Positions 1 to 14,498 of a stretch of 64,000 bases of DNA are shown in pieces. The notes under the pieces are model-generated. The model worked only from the letters and a program-made list of their open reading frames with translations, was not told where the DNA came from and ran no database searches. Origin of the DNA: the human T2T-CHM13v2.0 reference genome, Homo sapiens; the NCBI RefSeq assembly GCF_009914755.1, contig NC_060936.1, one strand, 5' to 3'. Positions within the stretch are counted from its first letter, which is position 1; each line of letters begins with the position of its first letter. The translations under genes were made by a program, and so were the position numbers.

Positions 1-1190
1 TAAGTGAGTGGTGGCTTAAAATGTCATCTGTACACTAATGTCTTTTAAATTAACATCTCTATCAATGATTTCTCCCTTAAGGATAGAATCTAATACTCAA
101 CTACCTAGCTGATATGGGGGTTAGTTGATTGATTAGTAAATGGTTCAAATTTAACATGTTCTGAACTAAATTAGTGATTTTTGTCATTGCCTTTCACCTG
201 TTCTTTTCCTATGTTTTCTAAGTCAGTAAATGGTAATTCTATTAGCCAATTTGCTCAAGCCTAAAGCTTAAGTCATTGTTTTCTTCATTTATTCTTCCAT
301 TACCATATTCAGTAAGCAAGATCTATGAGTGCTGTCTTAAAAAGACTTACCAAATACAGCTACTCATCACTGCCTTTCCTGTTAACACCTTCAGTTCAGT
401 TATTCTATGCCTAATAAATACAGTAATTTCCAAATCATTTTCTCTGCTTCTAACTCTACAGTTATAAGTCTAAAAGATAACCAGTGTGATATCTTCCAAA
501 TGAAAATCAGACCTATCACTATCCTGCTAAGCAATTTGTTTCTACTTCAGAATAAAACTCAAATATTTACTTTAAAGATAAAATCCAAATGGAATACAGG
601 GCTTTACATGATGTGGAAACAGCCTACTTCCGCTAACTTTTTCTCCAGCCACTCTCCAGTTTGCATTTCTTTCTGTGCCTTAATATTTTAGAATATTAAG
701 GCTCCTTTCTGTTTCATGCCCTTACTACTTAGTATTCCTGTTCCTGAAATGCTCTTTCCTCATGATCTTGGCCTGGCAATTCCCTGACTTGATGAAAGTC
801 TCTCCTTAAATTTCATTTCCTAAGAACATGACCAATTTACAAAAGTCTATCTAACATGACTCTCCACACCAAGTATATCGTACTTGCTTATACATTCAAC
901 TTTACTTACTAGTCCTCAATATGTATCATATATATATAAATCAAAATCAATGTAAATATCTATATATCATATGTTATCTATGTATGTATATCTATATATG
1001 ATATCAATAACATGCTGATAAACATAGATAAATATATATACCAAGTATGATATATATTACATATATGCTTATTGAATTATTTATCTGTCTCTTTCCCAGT
1101 AAAATTTAAATTCCATAAAGACAGAAACATTTGTAAATCCACTACTCTATTCCCAAAGCCTAAATCATATAGGATAATGACCATAAAATA
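1..1190 (-). mobile_element. L2 (LINE-2) fragment, old and degenerate, interrupted by (TA)n low complexity
   Basis: Degenerate L2-like motifs (e.g. TTTCTTCATTTATTCTTCC..., GCTCTTTCCTCATGATCTT, TAAATTCCATAAAGACAGAAAC); boundaries approximate. Confidence 0.5.
683..974 (+). repeat. Donor copy of ~290-bp local duplication (second copy 3668-3960)
   Basis: Direct alignment within the window, ATATTTTAGAATATTAAG...ATCATATGT, roughly 92% identical by eye. Confidence 0.95.
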
Positions 1191-3008
1191 TCTCTACAAA
1201 AATAAATATAATTGTTGTCATTTTAAGGATTATTTTTTACAACTTTGAATACACAAAATAAGCTTATTTGCAAATCTTCTTTTAAAGCACAGTTTCATCA
1301 ATGATTAATAATTGCATTTTCTTATTTTTAATATTGTATTAGGAAAGTAAAAACTCATCAGATGCCAACATAAAAACCAAAAATTTGACAATAACATCTA
1401 TTTGTACAGTGTTCCTCATTTAATTACCCATTTTCCTTTACCTGAGGTAACTATCTATTTTGAGTATTTCTGTGTTATGGTTAATTTTCTTAAATTTAGA
1501 ATATCCTATTTAGAGTCAGTACCATTTTATAACTGTGGTAAAATTCTCAATATACACCAAAACTCCTCATAAAAACAGACAGACTGTAAGTAGCCAAAGA
1601 AAAAATCACAAAGAACATCTTCAACAAAACTAGGTGGCAAGTTATCCTGAGAGTGTTAGATTAAGAGTGCTTGAGGCAAAACACATTAAAAATCAGGATC
1701 CATACAAGATTAATAGGTGTACAAAGGTGGTGGAGGGAAAATAAAGAAATGTTTGGATGATCCTAAAAGCACAGGGTGAGAGAAATCAACCACCAATACT
1801 CACACCAAGAGAATCTCCGGTAAGCTGTACAGAGTTTAACAATGAAATTGGAGAGGGAGAAGAGGGAGAAAGAGAAGGAGAGGGAGATGGGAAGAAGGAG
1901 ATGGGAGAAATAAAATGAGGGACCCACTAAGGGTTCAATAGGACAGAGACACTTTAAAGAAAAATGTGACATATAAACAAATTCAATAGGGTAGATTCGG
2001 TGCAGGTAAAATTTCAATTATTTGTCAGCAAGGATTCCAGAGAAGGCAGATTACAAAACTATGAAGGCTGCTATTTCAGATTAACCATATTTTAAACTTT
2101 TGAGGTAACAACATAAGAGAAAGCCTTCTAGTAATACACCCACAACCCCTATACAGAATCTTCTTCCTAAAAGTATGGGAACACCCATCCAATGTCTTTA
2201 TCTACTTCTCTCTCTCTATCTCTAGTGTCTAACAGCTCTCTATCATCCATGTTAAATATCTTGAGTTCATGCAGATATCAATATAATAATTTGGGGTATA
2301 TTCTACTCTAACTTCTTTCTGTGTTTATAACGCCTCTCTCAAAAAATTATAAACCTAGGTGTCACTATCAGACCTAGAATACTGAGAAAGTATTCTTAGA
2401 ATTTCCAACCTATATTAGAGGTTTAAAAATTGTAACTAGTTGGAATTTAAAAGTTGTTTATCTTCTTTGTTTAGGTAAAAATAACATAAAGAAAAGGTAC
2501 AATTCTTAAATAAACACTCTGCTGATATTTGAAAAATACATACATGCATGTAGCCCACAGTCTTATTGAGATAAAGAGTATTCATAGCACTCAGAAAGTG
2601 TCCTGGTGCTGCTAATCAGTAAAACCTCCCCAAAGATAACCACTATATTTTTTATTTGTTTCTTACCACAAATTATTTTTGTCTGTGCCAGAACTTCACA
2701 TACATAAACACGGCTACACTCTTTTACGTTTGCTTTTCTTCACTCAGGATAGTATCTATGAGGTACATTCATGATGTAAGTATATCAGTAGCTAGTTCCA
2801 TTGTATTGCTGAGTAATAATCCACTGAATGAATATAACGTGCAATTGTGTACAGTTTATTCCATTGACAGTCTTTAGGATTGTTTCCAGCTATTTAGTAT
2901 TAGAAGTAAAGTTGATACAATTATTTTTGCATAAAGTCATTTAGTGGAGGAATGTTTCATTGCAGTTATAAAAATACAAGTAGACCTGCTTATTAGCAGT
3001 ATATACAA

Positions 3009-3310
3009 TTTTTTTTTTTTTTTTTTTTTGAGACGGAGTCTCGCTCTGTCGCCCAGGCTGGATTACAGTGTCCTAATCTCCGCTCACTGAAAGCTCCGCC
3101 TCCCGGGTTCACGACATTCTCCTGCCTCAGCCTCCCGAGTAGCTGGGACTACAGGCGTCTGCCACCACTCCCAGCTAATTTTTTGTACTTTTAGTAGAGA
3201 CGGGGTTTCACCGTGTTAGCCAGGATGATCTCGATCTCCTGACCTCGTGATCCATCCGCCTCTGCTTCCCAAAGTGCTGGGATTACAGGCGTGAGCCACC
3301 GCGCCCAGCC
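3009..3310 (-). mobile_element. AluY
   Basis: Poly(T) then Alu reverse complement with AluY diagnostics (AAGCTCCGCCTCCCGGGTTCACG, CCGTGTTAGCCAGGATG, GACCTCGTGATCC); imperfect TSD CAGTATATACAATTTT / CAGTACATACAGTTTT. Confidence 0.95.
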
Positions 3311-3667
3311 CACAGTACATACAGTTTTATAAGAAATTGATAACCTTTTCCTAAAGTGATAATATCATTCAATGTTGTCGCTTTTCCATTAACCGTTCTA
3401 GTGGATGTCTAGTGGCCTCTCATCATGTGTGTTTATATTGAAATTATCCTTGATTATTCTAATGAAGTTGAACATTTTTTCAAGTGTATGTTGGTGATTT
3501 GTCTCCCTTGTGAAAGATCATTTCAGGTCTGTGGCCCATATTTATTGCGTTTTTTAAAAAATTGTTGAATTCCACAAGTTTTTAGGTTCCTAGATAAATA
3601 TAAACCTAAAAATGTGTTCAATGAAACAGTTTAGGTTCCAAGATAAAAGTCCACTGTGTGTGAATAT

Positions 3668-3960
3668 ATATTTTAGAATATTAAGCTCCTTTCTGTTTCA
3701 TGCCCTTGGTACTTAGTATTCCTGTTCCTGAAATGCTCTTTCCTCATGATCTTGGCATGGCAATTCCCTGACTTGATAAAAGTCTCTCCTTAAATTTCAT
3801 TTCCTAAGAACATGACCAATTTAGGAAAGTCTATCTAACAAGACTCTCCAACCACCAAATAGATAGTATTTGCTTATGCATTCAACTTTACTTACTAGTC
3901 CTCAATATGTATCATATATATAAAAATCAATATCAATGTAAATATCTATAGATCATATGT
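3668..3960 (+). repeat. Inserted copy of 683-974
   Basis: Direct alignment to 683-974. Confidence 0.95.
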
Positions 3961-3969
3961 GGTATCTGT

Positions 3970-4465
3970 CTATATATATCTATAATTATATATATTATAT
4001 ATATGCACATACAGTGTATATATATATATATAAACACACACACACACATATATGTATGTATTCCAGGTACCAGATCTAAACATATATATAAAAGCATACG
4101 TATATATGTGTGTATATATACACATATGTATATAAAAAATATATGTATTTGTATGTATATACATGTGTATATATATATATATACACACACACACAGAGTG
4201 GACTTTTATCTTGGAACATGGAACACCATATATTTTAGGAATGCATATATATATATTTCCATTCATATATGTGTGTGTGTACCAGGTACCAGATCAAAAT
4301 ATATATATATAAAAGTATGTGTGTATATATGTGTGATATATATACACATGTATATATTTATGCATATGTGTATATATATATATACACACATGTATATATT
4401 TATGCATATGTGTGTATATATATATATATACACACACACACAGTGGACTTTTATCTTGGAACCTG

Positions 4466-4537
<72 letters not shown>

Positions 4538-4620
4538 GTATTTATTTATTTAGATCTGGAACCTGGAATACATATACATATATGTTTGTGTTTGTGTGTG
4601 TGGTGTTTTTGTATGTGTTT
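3970..4620. repeat. Compound (TA)n/(CA)n/(TG)n microsatellite with embedded direct and inverted 20-30-bp motifs
   Basis: Visible dinucleotide runs punctuated by CCAGGTACCAGATC and GTGGACTTTTATCTTGGAAC motifs. Confidence 0.9.
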
Positions 4621-4869
4621 TTTGTTTTTTTCATTTCTTGTGGTTTTGTGGTAGGTGGTTAACATGTTTAGCTTTTACTTTCATGGCTAGGATTTATCTC
4701 AATTTTTTTGTTTCACAGTGTGAGGAGTCAATTCATTTTTTCCCCAAATGGATATCCAGTTGTTTGAGCACCATTTATTTGTTAGAAAGATGTTCATTTC
4801 CTCTATTGAATTTCTTTGTTAACTTTGTCAAAAATTAAATAATCATGTGTCAATGTATTAGTAAATAAA

Positions 4870-5100
4870 CTCTGTCCAGCAGAATTTTCTCTGAGAGTGG
4901 ACTTCATCTGTATCTTTGCTGTCTAGTAATGTAGCTACTAGCCACATGTGGCAATTGAGTACTTGAAATATGGCCAGTGCAAATAAGAAAATGAATTTTT
5001 AATTGAATTTAATGATGGTAAATTTGAATATAAACTTAAATAACCACAAGTGGCTGATGCGTACTATGGCTGATGCGTACTACATTGGAAAGCAAAATTC
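4870..5100. mobile_element. MER3-like hAT-Charlie DNA transposon relic
   Basis: CTGTCCAGCAGAA...GTAGCTACTAGCCACATGTGGCAATTGAGTACTTGAAATATGGCCAGTG is typical of MER3. Confidence 0.75.
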
Positions 5101-5974
5101 TAGACTCTAGTATACTTTATTAAGCTGTATTTCTAATTTACAACAATGCTAAAAATTTTTCATTACCATGTTTTTATAGTACTTTTCTACTATAGTAGTA
5201 TAAGTAAATCATCCAACTTTAAACTTTTTTATCTCAATTACCCTGGCCATTCAAAGCCTTTGCCTTTTCATATAAAATTCCATTTAATAGCCATTTCATT
5301 CCAGTTTAAAGTAAAAAAACTTTTAAGAAATGTAACCAGTACTGGATTGAATCTGCAGAACAATCCATCTCAAAGAAAAAGACACTATTTTTATAGTGCC
5401 TTTCAATACAGTATATTATTTATTTATGTATTATTTAAATTATTCAAGAAACATTTTGTAGTTTTCAATTCCTAGCATGCTGTAGGAAAATTATAATTTG
5501 ACAAAACATGTTTTTCTTTTTACATATAATTGGATTCAATATATAATATTGAAAATGCTTTATTAAAGATCTTTTACATCTGTGCTTGTGAGGGATACTA
5601 CTTTGTAGTAGACTTTTTTTTCTTGAAATACCTTTCTCTGGATTTGGTATAACGCAGGTTTGGTTTCACAAGCTGGCAGCTCTTTTAGTATGGCTTTAGG
5701 TGCATCCCACAAATTTCATTCACTAAATATTAATTTTCATTTAGTTCAAAATGTTTTAGTTTCCTTGACTATTTCCTCTTTGATTTATATACTGTTTAAT
5801 GTCAAAATATTTGGGGATGTATTATATATCTTTCTGTTATTAATTGCTAGTTTAATTCTATTAACTTCTGACAACATACTTTATGTGATTTCTATTATTT
5901 TAATTTTTTAAGGTTACTTTTATGGCTCAGAATATGATATATCTTGGTGATTATCCCATGTGCCCTTGAGTGCT

Positions 5975-6480
5975 GTATCAGTCATATATTGCTGCATATA
6001 AATTACCATGAAACTTCAAACAATACATATTTATTTTCTTATTGCTTCTGTGGGTTTGGTACCTAGGAAAAGCTTAGCAGAATCCTCTGATTCAGAGTCT
6101 CTCATAGACTGCAATCAAGATGTCATTTGGCTGAGGATATCCAAAGTCTCAACTGTAGAAAAATTCATGTCCAAGCTCATGTAGTTGTTGGCAGGATTCA
6201 CTTCCTCTCAGGCTATTGAACTGAGAGTCTCAGTTTTTGCTGGTTGTTGCCAGAGGGCTGCTGCCATCACATCCTTGGCCTATGGGTCTTTCCAACATGG
6301 CAGATTGTTTCATCAAAATGTGCAAGTCAAGAGGGCTACAGAGAAAGTCAGCTAGCTGGGTCAAGCCATTCTTTTTACCCTGATCACAAAAGCAACATTA
6401 TCACATTTGCTGCTTTCAATAAGATCAATTAAAGAGGTCCAGCTATTTCAATAAGATCAATTAAAGACGAGAGACTTAAA
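5975..6480 (-). mobile_element. MLT1-family (ERVL-MaLR) LTR
   Basis: TATTGCTGCATATAAATTACC...GACTGCAATCAAGATGTC...GTTGTTGGCAGGATTCACTTCC. Confidence 0.65.
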
Positions 6481-7763
6481 AGAGGGCAAACCACAAGGTG
6501 GAATCTCCACCCCCTTGCTTCTCACTCTCTGTCCTATTGTGTGACAGTTTCACTAGGAAGAAAGAATGATTGAGAGGCTATGTTGGGCTCACCTTGTGTA
6601 TTTCCCTTCTTTCAAGGTGAAAGTCCTCTGATATTTGCAGTTTGATGCTTGAAAATTACTACCTCGTATATTTTGTCCAGTGTTATAATTGTTTTCAACA
6701 GTAGGCAAGTTGGGTGCCAGTTACTTCGTCATTACCAGGAGAGTCATTTGCAGGTATTTTGATTATGATTGTGCTGAACCTGTAGTTCTGGTTGAAAATA
6801 ATTGATGTCTTAATAGTACTGAAACATCTGATTCATAAACATGGTACTTCTCTCCATTTCTTTAGATATATTTTAATTTCTCAGCAGTGTTTTGTAGTTG
6901 TCAGCTTAAATTATTTTAAATTAATTTTTTCCAATTATTTATTTCTAACAGACACACATTATTTTCTCATTCCGTAGCTTGCTAAATTTACTTAGTAGTT
7001 CTCTAATAATCCTTTGTAGGCTTATTTAAATTTTCAAAGTCTAGGATTTCCCCCAGTTTACCACATATAAATATAGTGTTTTACTACTTCTTATCAAAGC
7101 TTTATTATTTCTTTCTTTTTAAAAATTTATTGTTTATTGTACAGGCTAAGTTCTTCAGAATTATATTAAATAAAAGTAGAGTAAAAATTATTTTGTTGTT
7201 CATGTTTATACACCCTACATTTGTTCTGATGTTGCAGTAGATTTCTCGTAGATACCTTATCGCTTTGATAAATTTTCTTCTGTCATTTGCTTACAGTTTT
7301 TATTATGAAGTTTTGTTGAGTTATCTTGCATAAGTTGTTCTGCCTCTACTGAAATGATCTTATACTTTTTTCCTTCTGTTACACCTATACTTTTGCATAA
7401 AAACAAAGGAGGTTTTTCTAGATTGAAGGTCTGTTAAATAACATTACAACCAAATATAATCTGCAGAATTTGGATGCTGACTGGAAAAAATAAAAGTATA
7501 AAATACATTTTCAGACAAGTATAAAAATTTAAAAATATATTAAATGTTAATTTATACCAAAGCATTATTATTAGCTTTGTAAATAATTATAAGGCATTGT
7601 GATTATATAAGACTGTGTGAAATGGACTATAAAAAGGTGAAATAACATGATAACTGGAATTTTCTCTAAGTTACTTCTAAAAAAATCTAATATACAAAAA
7701 GAGAAAAAAAACTGGGAGAAATTCTTAAGAGTTGTTATCTTGGGAAATAGATATATGTGAAGC

Positions 7764-8300
7764 TGTCGGAGGCCAAAAGATTGAGGGTCGTGATCAACTC
7801 AGCATACCACTGGAGGCTATATGAATAAGCAGCAAACTGTTTCTTATAAATGCAGAATGTTGGCAGACTGACAAACTGCATCTGCCACCCAGAAGGAATG
7901 CTGAGGGCAGTCACACCCCACCCCAAGTGCAATGTTTCTTGTGATTAGGTGCATCTGAAGCCTGTTGGTAATAATATGAACCTGTGATCAATTAACCAGC
8001 TGACCAATCATTACCTCCTCCTCCCTGCTCTTGTTACCCAATAAATACCGAGGCTTGTGGAAGCTCGGCAGCTGCCTTCGCTCACTAGAAGTAGGGAGCT
8101 CTCTTCTTCCCCTTCCCCCCTTCCTTTAAAACAGTTTCTTTTGTCTTAAGTTTTCATTTCTACGTTCATCTGTTTGTTCAGTCTTGTAATGATGGTCTCA
8201 AGCAGTAATAGTAGTAACTGCTATAATGACAGTCTCAAGCAATAACAGTAGTAACTGCTGTAATGACAGTCTCAAGTAGTAACCATGGCAGTCTGTCACA
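7764..8300 (+). mobile_element. Class II ERV (HERV-K/HML) 5' LTR, LTR22-like
   Basis: TG...CA termini, AATAAA at 8040-8045, immediately followed by a tRNA-Lys-type PBS; subfamily name from memory. Confidence 0.8.
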
Positions 8301-8302
8301 AG

Positions 8303-8320
8303 TGGCACCCAAACAGGGAC
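8303..8320 (+). promoter_or_regulatory. Retroviral primer-binding site, tRNA-Lys type
   Basis: TGGCACCCAAACAGGGAC equals TGGCGCCCGAACAGGGAC with two CpG->CpA decays. Confidence 0.85.
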
Positions 8321-8774
8321 AATCAGGGAGAAACACAGACCTGAAGAGACCTGAATGGACCTGAAGAGGCCTGCAGGGACAAATAGAGATAAGTATGGAT
8401 AAATATAAATAAATAAACAGAGACAAATAGAGATAGGTAGAGAAAGACAGGGACTTGCAGGAACTTGCAGGAACTAACAGGGACCATAGGGACAGACAGG
8501 GAAAGGTAGGGACAGATAGGGTCCTATAGGAATTTGAACGATGAAGCTCTGCTGGAACAGAAAAAACTAAAGCCCAGAAAAAACTGAAACCAACAAGACG
8601 AACAAGAAACCCCATTACAAGTCAACATAGACTAGCAAAGACTAGCAGAAACTTGCAGAGAAGACAGACAAGAAAAGATAGGGACAGATAGAGTCCTATA
8701 GGAACTTGAACGAGGCAGGTCTGCTGGAGCAGAAAAAACTAAAACCGACCAGACAAACGAGAAACCCTGTTACA
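8321..8774 (+). mobile_element. ERV leader/internal fragment containing a ~130-150-bp tandem duplication
   Basis: Follows the PBS; TAGGGACAGATAG.GTCCTATAGGAA.TTGAACGA...TTACAAGTC occurs at ~8507-8623 and ~8679-8778. Confidence 0.75.
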
Positions 8775-8880
8775 AGTCTGCCAACATTATACATTTATGA
8801 GAAACAGCTTGTTGCTTACTTATATAACCTCCAGTGGTATACTCAGTTCATCATGACCCTTAATCTTTTGGCCTCCAACA
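8775..8880 (-). mobile_element. Inverted copy of the first 106 bp (U3 end) of the same LTR
   Basis: Reverse complement aligns without gaps to 7764-7869 with 14 mismatches in 106; followed by TGAAGC (8881-8886), identical to 7758-7763. Confidence 0.93.
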
Positions 8881-9117
8881 TGAAGCCATTAATTTTCTTT
8901 AGAATACATGAAATTTCTTTGAGATAGACTTAAAAGAATTAGAACGAATAACAAGGGTGTCAGTTTCTAGTAGCTGTATTTTTATGGTTTGGAATACAAG
9001 TTCTACTTCCTCCAGTTAGGTCTGGATCATTTTTCAGGATACAGTAAACAGACACTATGTCTTCATATCAATTAATAAAAATAAAAAACAAAGTATTAAA
9101 AAGAACAAAAGGTAGTG

Positions 9118-11550
<2,433 letters not shown>

Positions 11551-11689
11551 TAAAATGCACAAAAGGAGTGTTATATTTGCTGAAGGAGTATTTATTTGCT
11601 AAAAATTTCATATATTTTAATTCATTTTGAATGATGTATTATTTAATTATGTGAATGCACGCCTTTAAAAATTATTTTAAATCATTATC

Positions 11690-12240
11690 TTGTTTTTGAA
11701 TGCTTGATTTTTTTCCCAGAATTTGCTTTTAAGAATACTGAGCTATGAATATCATGCACATATCTCATGGAACACATGTAAATCATATCCTTTGAGTATA
11801 TACCTAGAAGTTAAATTGCTAAAAAGTTGGACATGTATAAGTTCATAATTATGATTATGCTAAACTGTACTACGAAAATTTTTCAAATTGAATATGTAAT
11901 TTTCACTCTCACAAAGAATGAATCCAGGTAGATTGGCATCTTCCCAAACATTTCTTATTGTCAGATTTGTTATTCGTGATACATTTTTTGTTCATTAAAA
12001 TGGGTATACAATATTATTCCATTGTGGCTACAATTTTATTTCTTTGAACACTAATAAGGACAAACATTTCTTCATATATTCTTGCCTATACCATTACCTC
12101 CTTTTTTAGATACCTATTTATGCCATTTTTCTTGAGCTATTTAAACTTTTCTTATTGATTTAAATAATTTCTTAATATATTCTAAATACTAATCTATTTT
12201 GACCATGTATATTTCAAATTTTTCTTCCAGGATCATACTC
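11690..12240 (-). mobile_element. Old L1ME-like antisense fragment
   Basis: GAGTATATACCTAGAAGTTAAATTGCT and related degenerate L1 3' motifs. Confidence 0.5.
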
Positions 12241-13829
12241 AGTATGTGTTTAATTAATTAATGAGTAATGAATGAAGTCATTTGTTCAATACAAGATTTT
12301 GCATTCAGCCAACGTATAGCTTTGACAAAGCCATTAAATTCCTTTGAATTTTAATCTTCTCTGTTTAATACTTACAATACATACTTCATCAATTTTGACT
12401 TTAGTTTAATCAGAAATCGAGATAGTGCAGAAATTGAAAAGCATTCTATACAAGTCTATTTATTGTTATTTCTCTTTTGAATGTTAAATATACAAAGATT
12501 GATGCATGCATACATACATACATAGATGATTAAATAATAGAGACAGATGATAGATTAGATTGGTACATAATAAATAGACACAGTTATATTTTATGAGTAT
12601 AAGAAATACTATACTATAGTGTTTCTACCATTGCATCAACAAACCATAGCACATATAATTTTTTCTGACATTGTAACCAAATAATATATCTTTGAAAATT
12701 CTTTTTTTAATTTTAATCATAAGTTCTGTTTAATTTTACTTTACATTTTTCTTGTAGTCAAACTTTAAGAACCAACACAATATTCCAGATTCATCATACT
12801 TTAAATAAGGGTAAGAATTGACTTTCTCTGTTGTTTGCAGTATGATCCTGTTCAAGTTTTGCTGGATTATTCCTCCAAAGAAATGTACCTATGTCCAGAT
12901 ATTGAGGTACAGTATATCTGAAGTTGCTTCACCAAGTTTCAGTTAGTAATGCATAACTGACCAAAGGAAAATTAACTCTGGAGGAAACTGTATAAAATTA
13001 TATTTCCATAAATCATCTAACTTGAGCTCTCCATTCAATTTGGGCAATTATTCAAAGCATAAAAAAGTTGATATTTTATCATTTAAAAGGTAGTGTTAAT
13101 AAAATCTACAAATATATCTTAGAGATTTACATAAATAAGTTTTAATATAACCATGGAAGTACCCATAAAAGAAAATGTCCTATTTAGCATATAAGTTGGA
13201 GCTCAATTTGAACAGCTTACTGTTTAATAAAAGTGACATTTATATTGCTGACTGAATTATGTTATATTAATTTCGGGTTTTAGTTTGCAATTTTTTTAAA
13301 CCATATAGTTGGACTATATACTAAGGTAGGAAAAAGAAAATTGATAAATTCCAATCTGACCTAATCCAGAAAAAAATGCATATCAAAACAAATGCATTAT
13401 CTCATGAGATACATGCTATTATTTTAGTTATGTTAATGTTTTCTATAACAGCTGGATAAACTTTCCTCATGCTCAGGTTCAAATGATTTAAACAAAAGTA
13501 TTTTATATATTAGTGCTACTGTTAAACACATTCTAATAAATTTGAAAATTTCTACTAGTTTGTAAAAAACATAAATGAAGAATTTAAACATACATGTTTG
13601 ATACTTCTCCATACAATATTCATAAAAAGGAGAAAGCAGATGTTCAGATGTAAGATAAATAAATATTGCCACATGTAAATATGAACTTCAGCTGAAGAAT
13701 CTTTAGTAGTAAGGTCTCTTACCTCAGTGATTCATAAGAGATGGTTAAACTGGAGTGAAAAATTTGGTATTATTTTGCCACACATACAGGACTTCTTGCA
13801 ATACTACCAATCAATCTCTAAAGAGCACC

Positions 13830-14270
13830 AACTCAGTTACTAGGGCTGTATAATAAAGCCAATAACTTAGTGACTTCAAACAACATTTATTTTGCATGTA
13901 GTCGTTCATCTCTGCTGTACTCAGAATCACCTAAGGTGGCTGGGAGAATAGGGCTGGAATACTCTGAAGACATGCTGAGACTATGTGAGAACACCTGGAG
14001 GATAGAACACCTGAATTTCCTCAGCCAGCTCTCTCTATATCTGCTTGCCTCTTTCTGTGGTCTCTCCAGCATGGTGGTTTCAGTAGAGCCCGATTTCCTA
14101 CATGCCAATTCAGGACTCCACAAACACTTGTCCAAGAAAGAGGCAGATAGAAGCCTCAGAAATCACATACCATCACTTTCACCACAATATATTGGTCAAG
14201 GTAGTTACAAAGTCTACTCATTGTAAGAACTAAAAATAGTGCCTTTCACCTCTCAACAGAAGAGGGTCAA
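13830..14270 (-). mobile_element. Old MLT1-family MaLR LTR
   Basis: GTGACTTCAAACAACATTTATT...GGTCTCTCCAGCATGGTGG...ATATTGGTCAAGGTAGTTACAAAG. Confidence 0.55.
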
Positions 14271-14303
14271 CATGAAATTTCATGAAAAGAAGGGTTATAT
14301 ATA

Positions 14304-14498
14304 CAGAAGTTCCTCGATTTATGATAGAGTTATCATCTCGATAAACCCATCCTAAATTGAAAATATTGTACCTGGATTACTTACAATAGGACAGCTTTAT
14401 TTCAACATAAGCCCACTGTACTGAATGAATATCACTTTGTCACCATTGTAAGGTCAAAAAATTACTAAGTTGAACTACTGTAAGTCAGGAACTGTCTG
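14304..14498 (+). mobile_element. MER47-like TcMar-Tigger DNA transposon relic (internally deleted)
   Basis: TA + CAGAAGTTCCTCGATTTATGAT...GTAAGTCAGGAACTGTCTG imperfect terminal inverted repeats; GATAAACCCATC motif. Confidence 0.65.

Larger units (their letters stand above)
2460..7380 (-). mobile_element. Old L1M (L1MC/L1ME-like) antisense fragments, interrupted by AluY, duplication/microsatellite, MER3 and MLT1
   Basis: Degenerate antisense L1 3' motifs (GGATATCCAGTTGTTTGAGCACCATTTATT, GTATTGCTGAGTAATAATCCACTG); patchy, possibly several elements. Confidence 0.55.

Noticed and set aside
3933-4662. Cluster of overlapping ORFs up to 219 aa rich in Y/I/H/T/C/V
   Set aside because: Translations of TA/CA/TG microsatellite, which lacks stop codons
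8186-8284. CRISPR-like ~37-bp repeats
   Set aside because: Head-to-tail tandem repeats without unique spacers, inside a primate ERV LTR
7735-8927. Two similar short ORFs (7735-7932 minus, 8706-8927 plus) as paralogous genes
   Set aside because: Similarity is simply the inverted LTR U3 repeat; no retroviral gag frame is present
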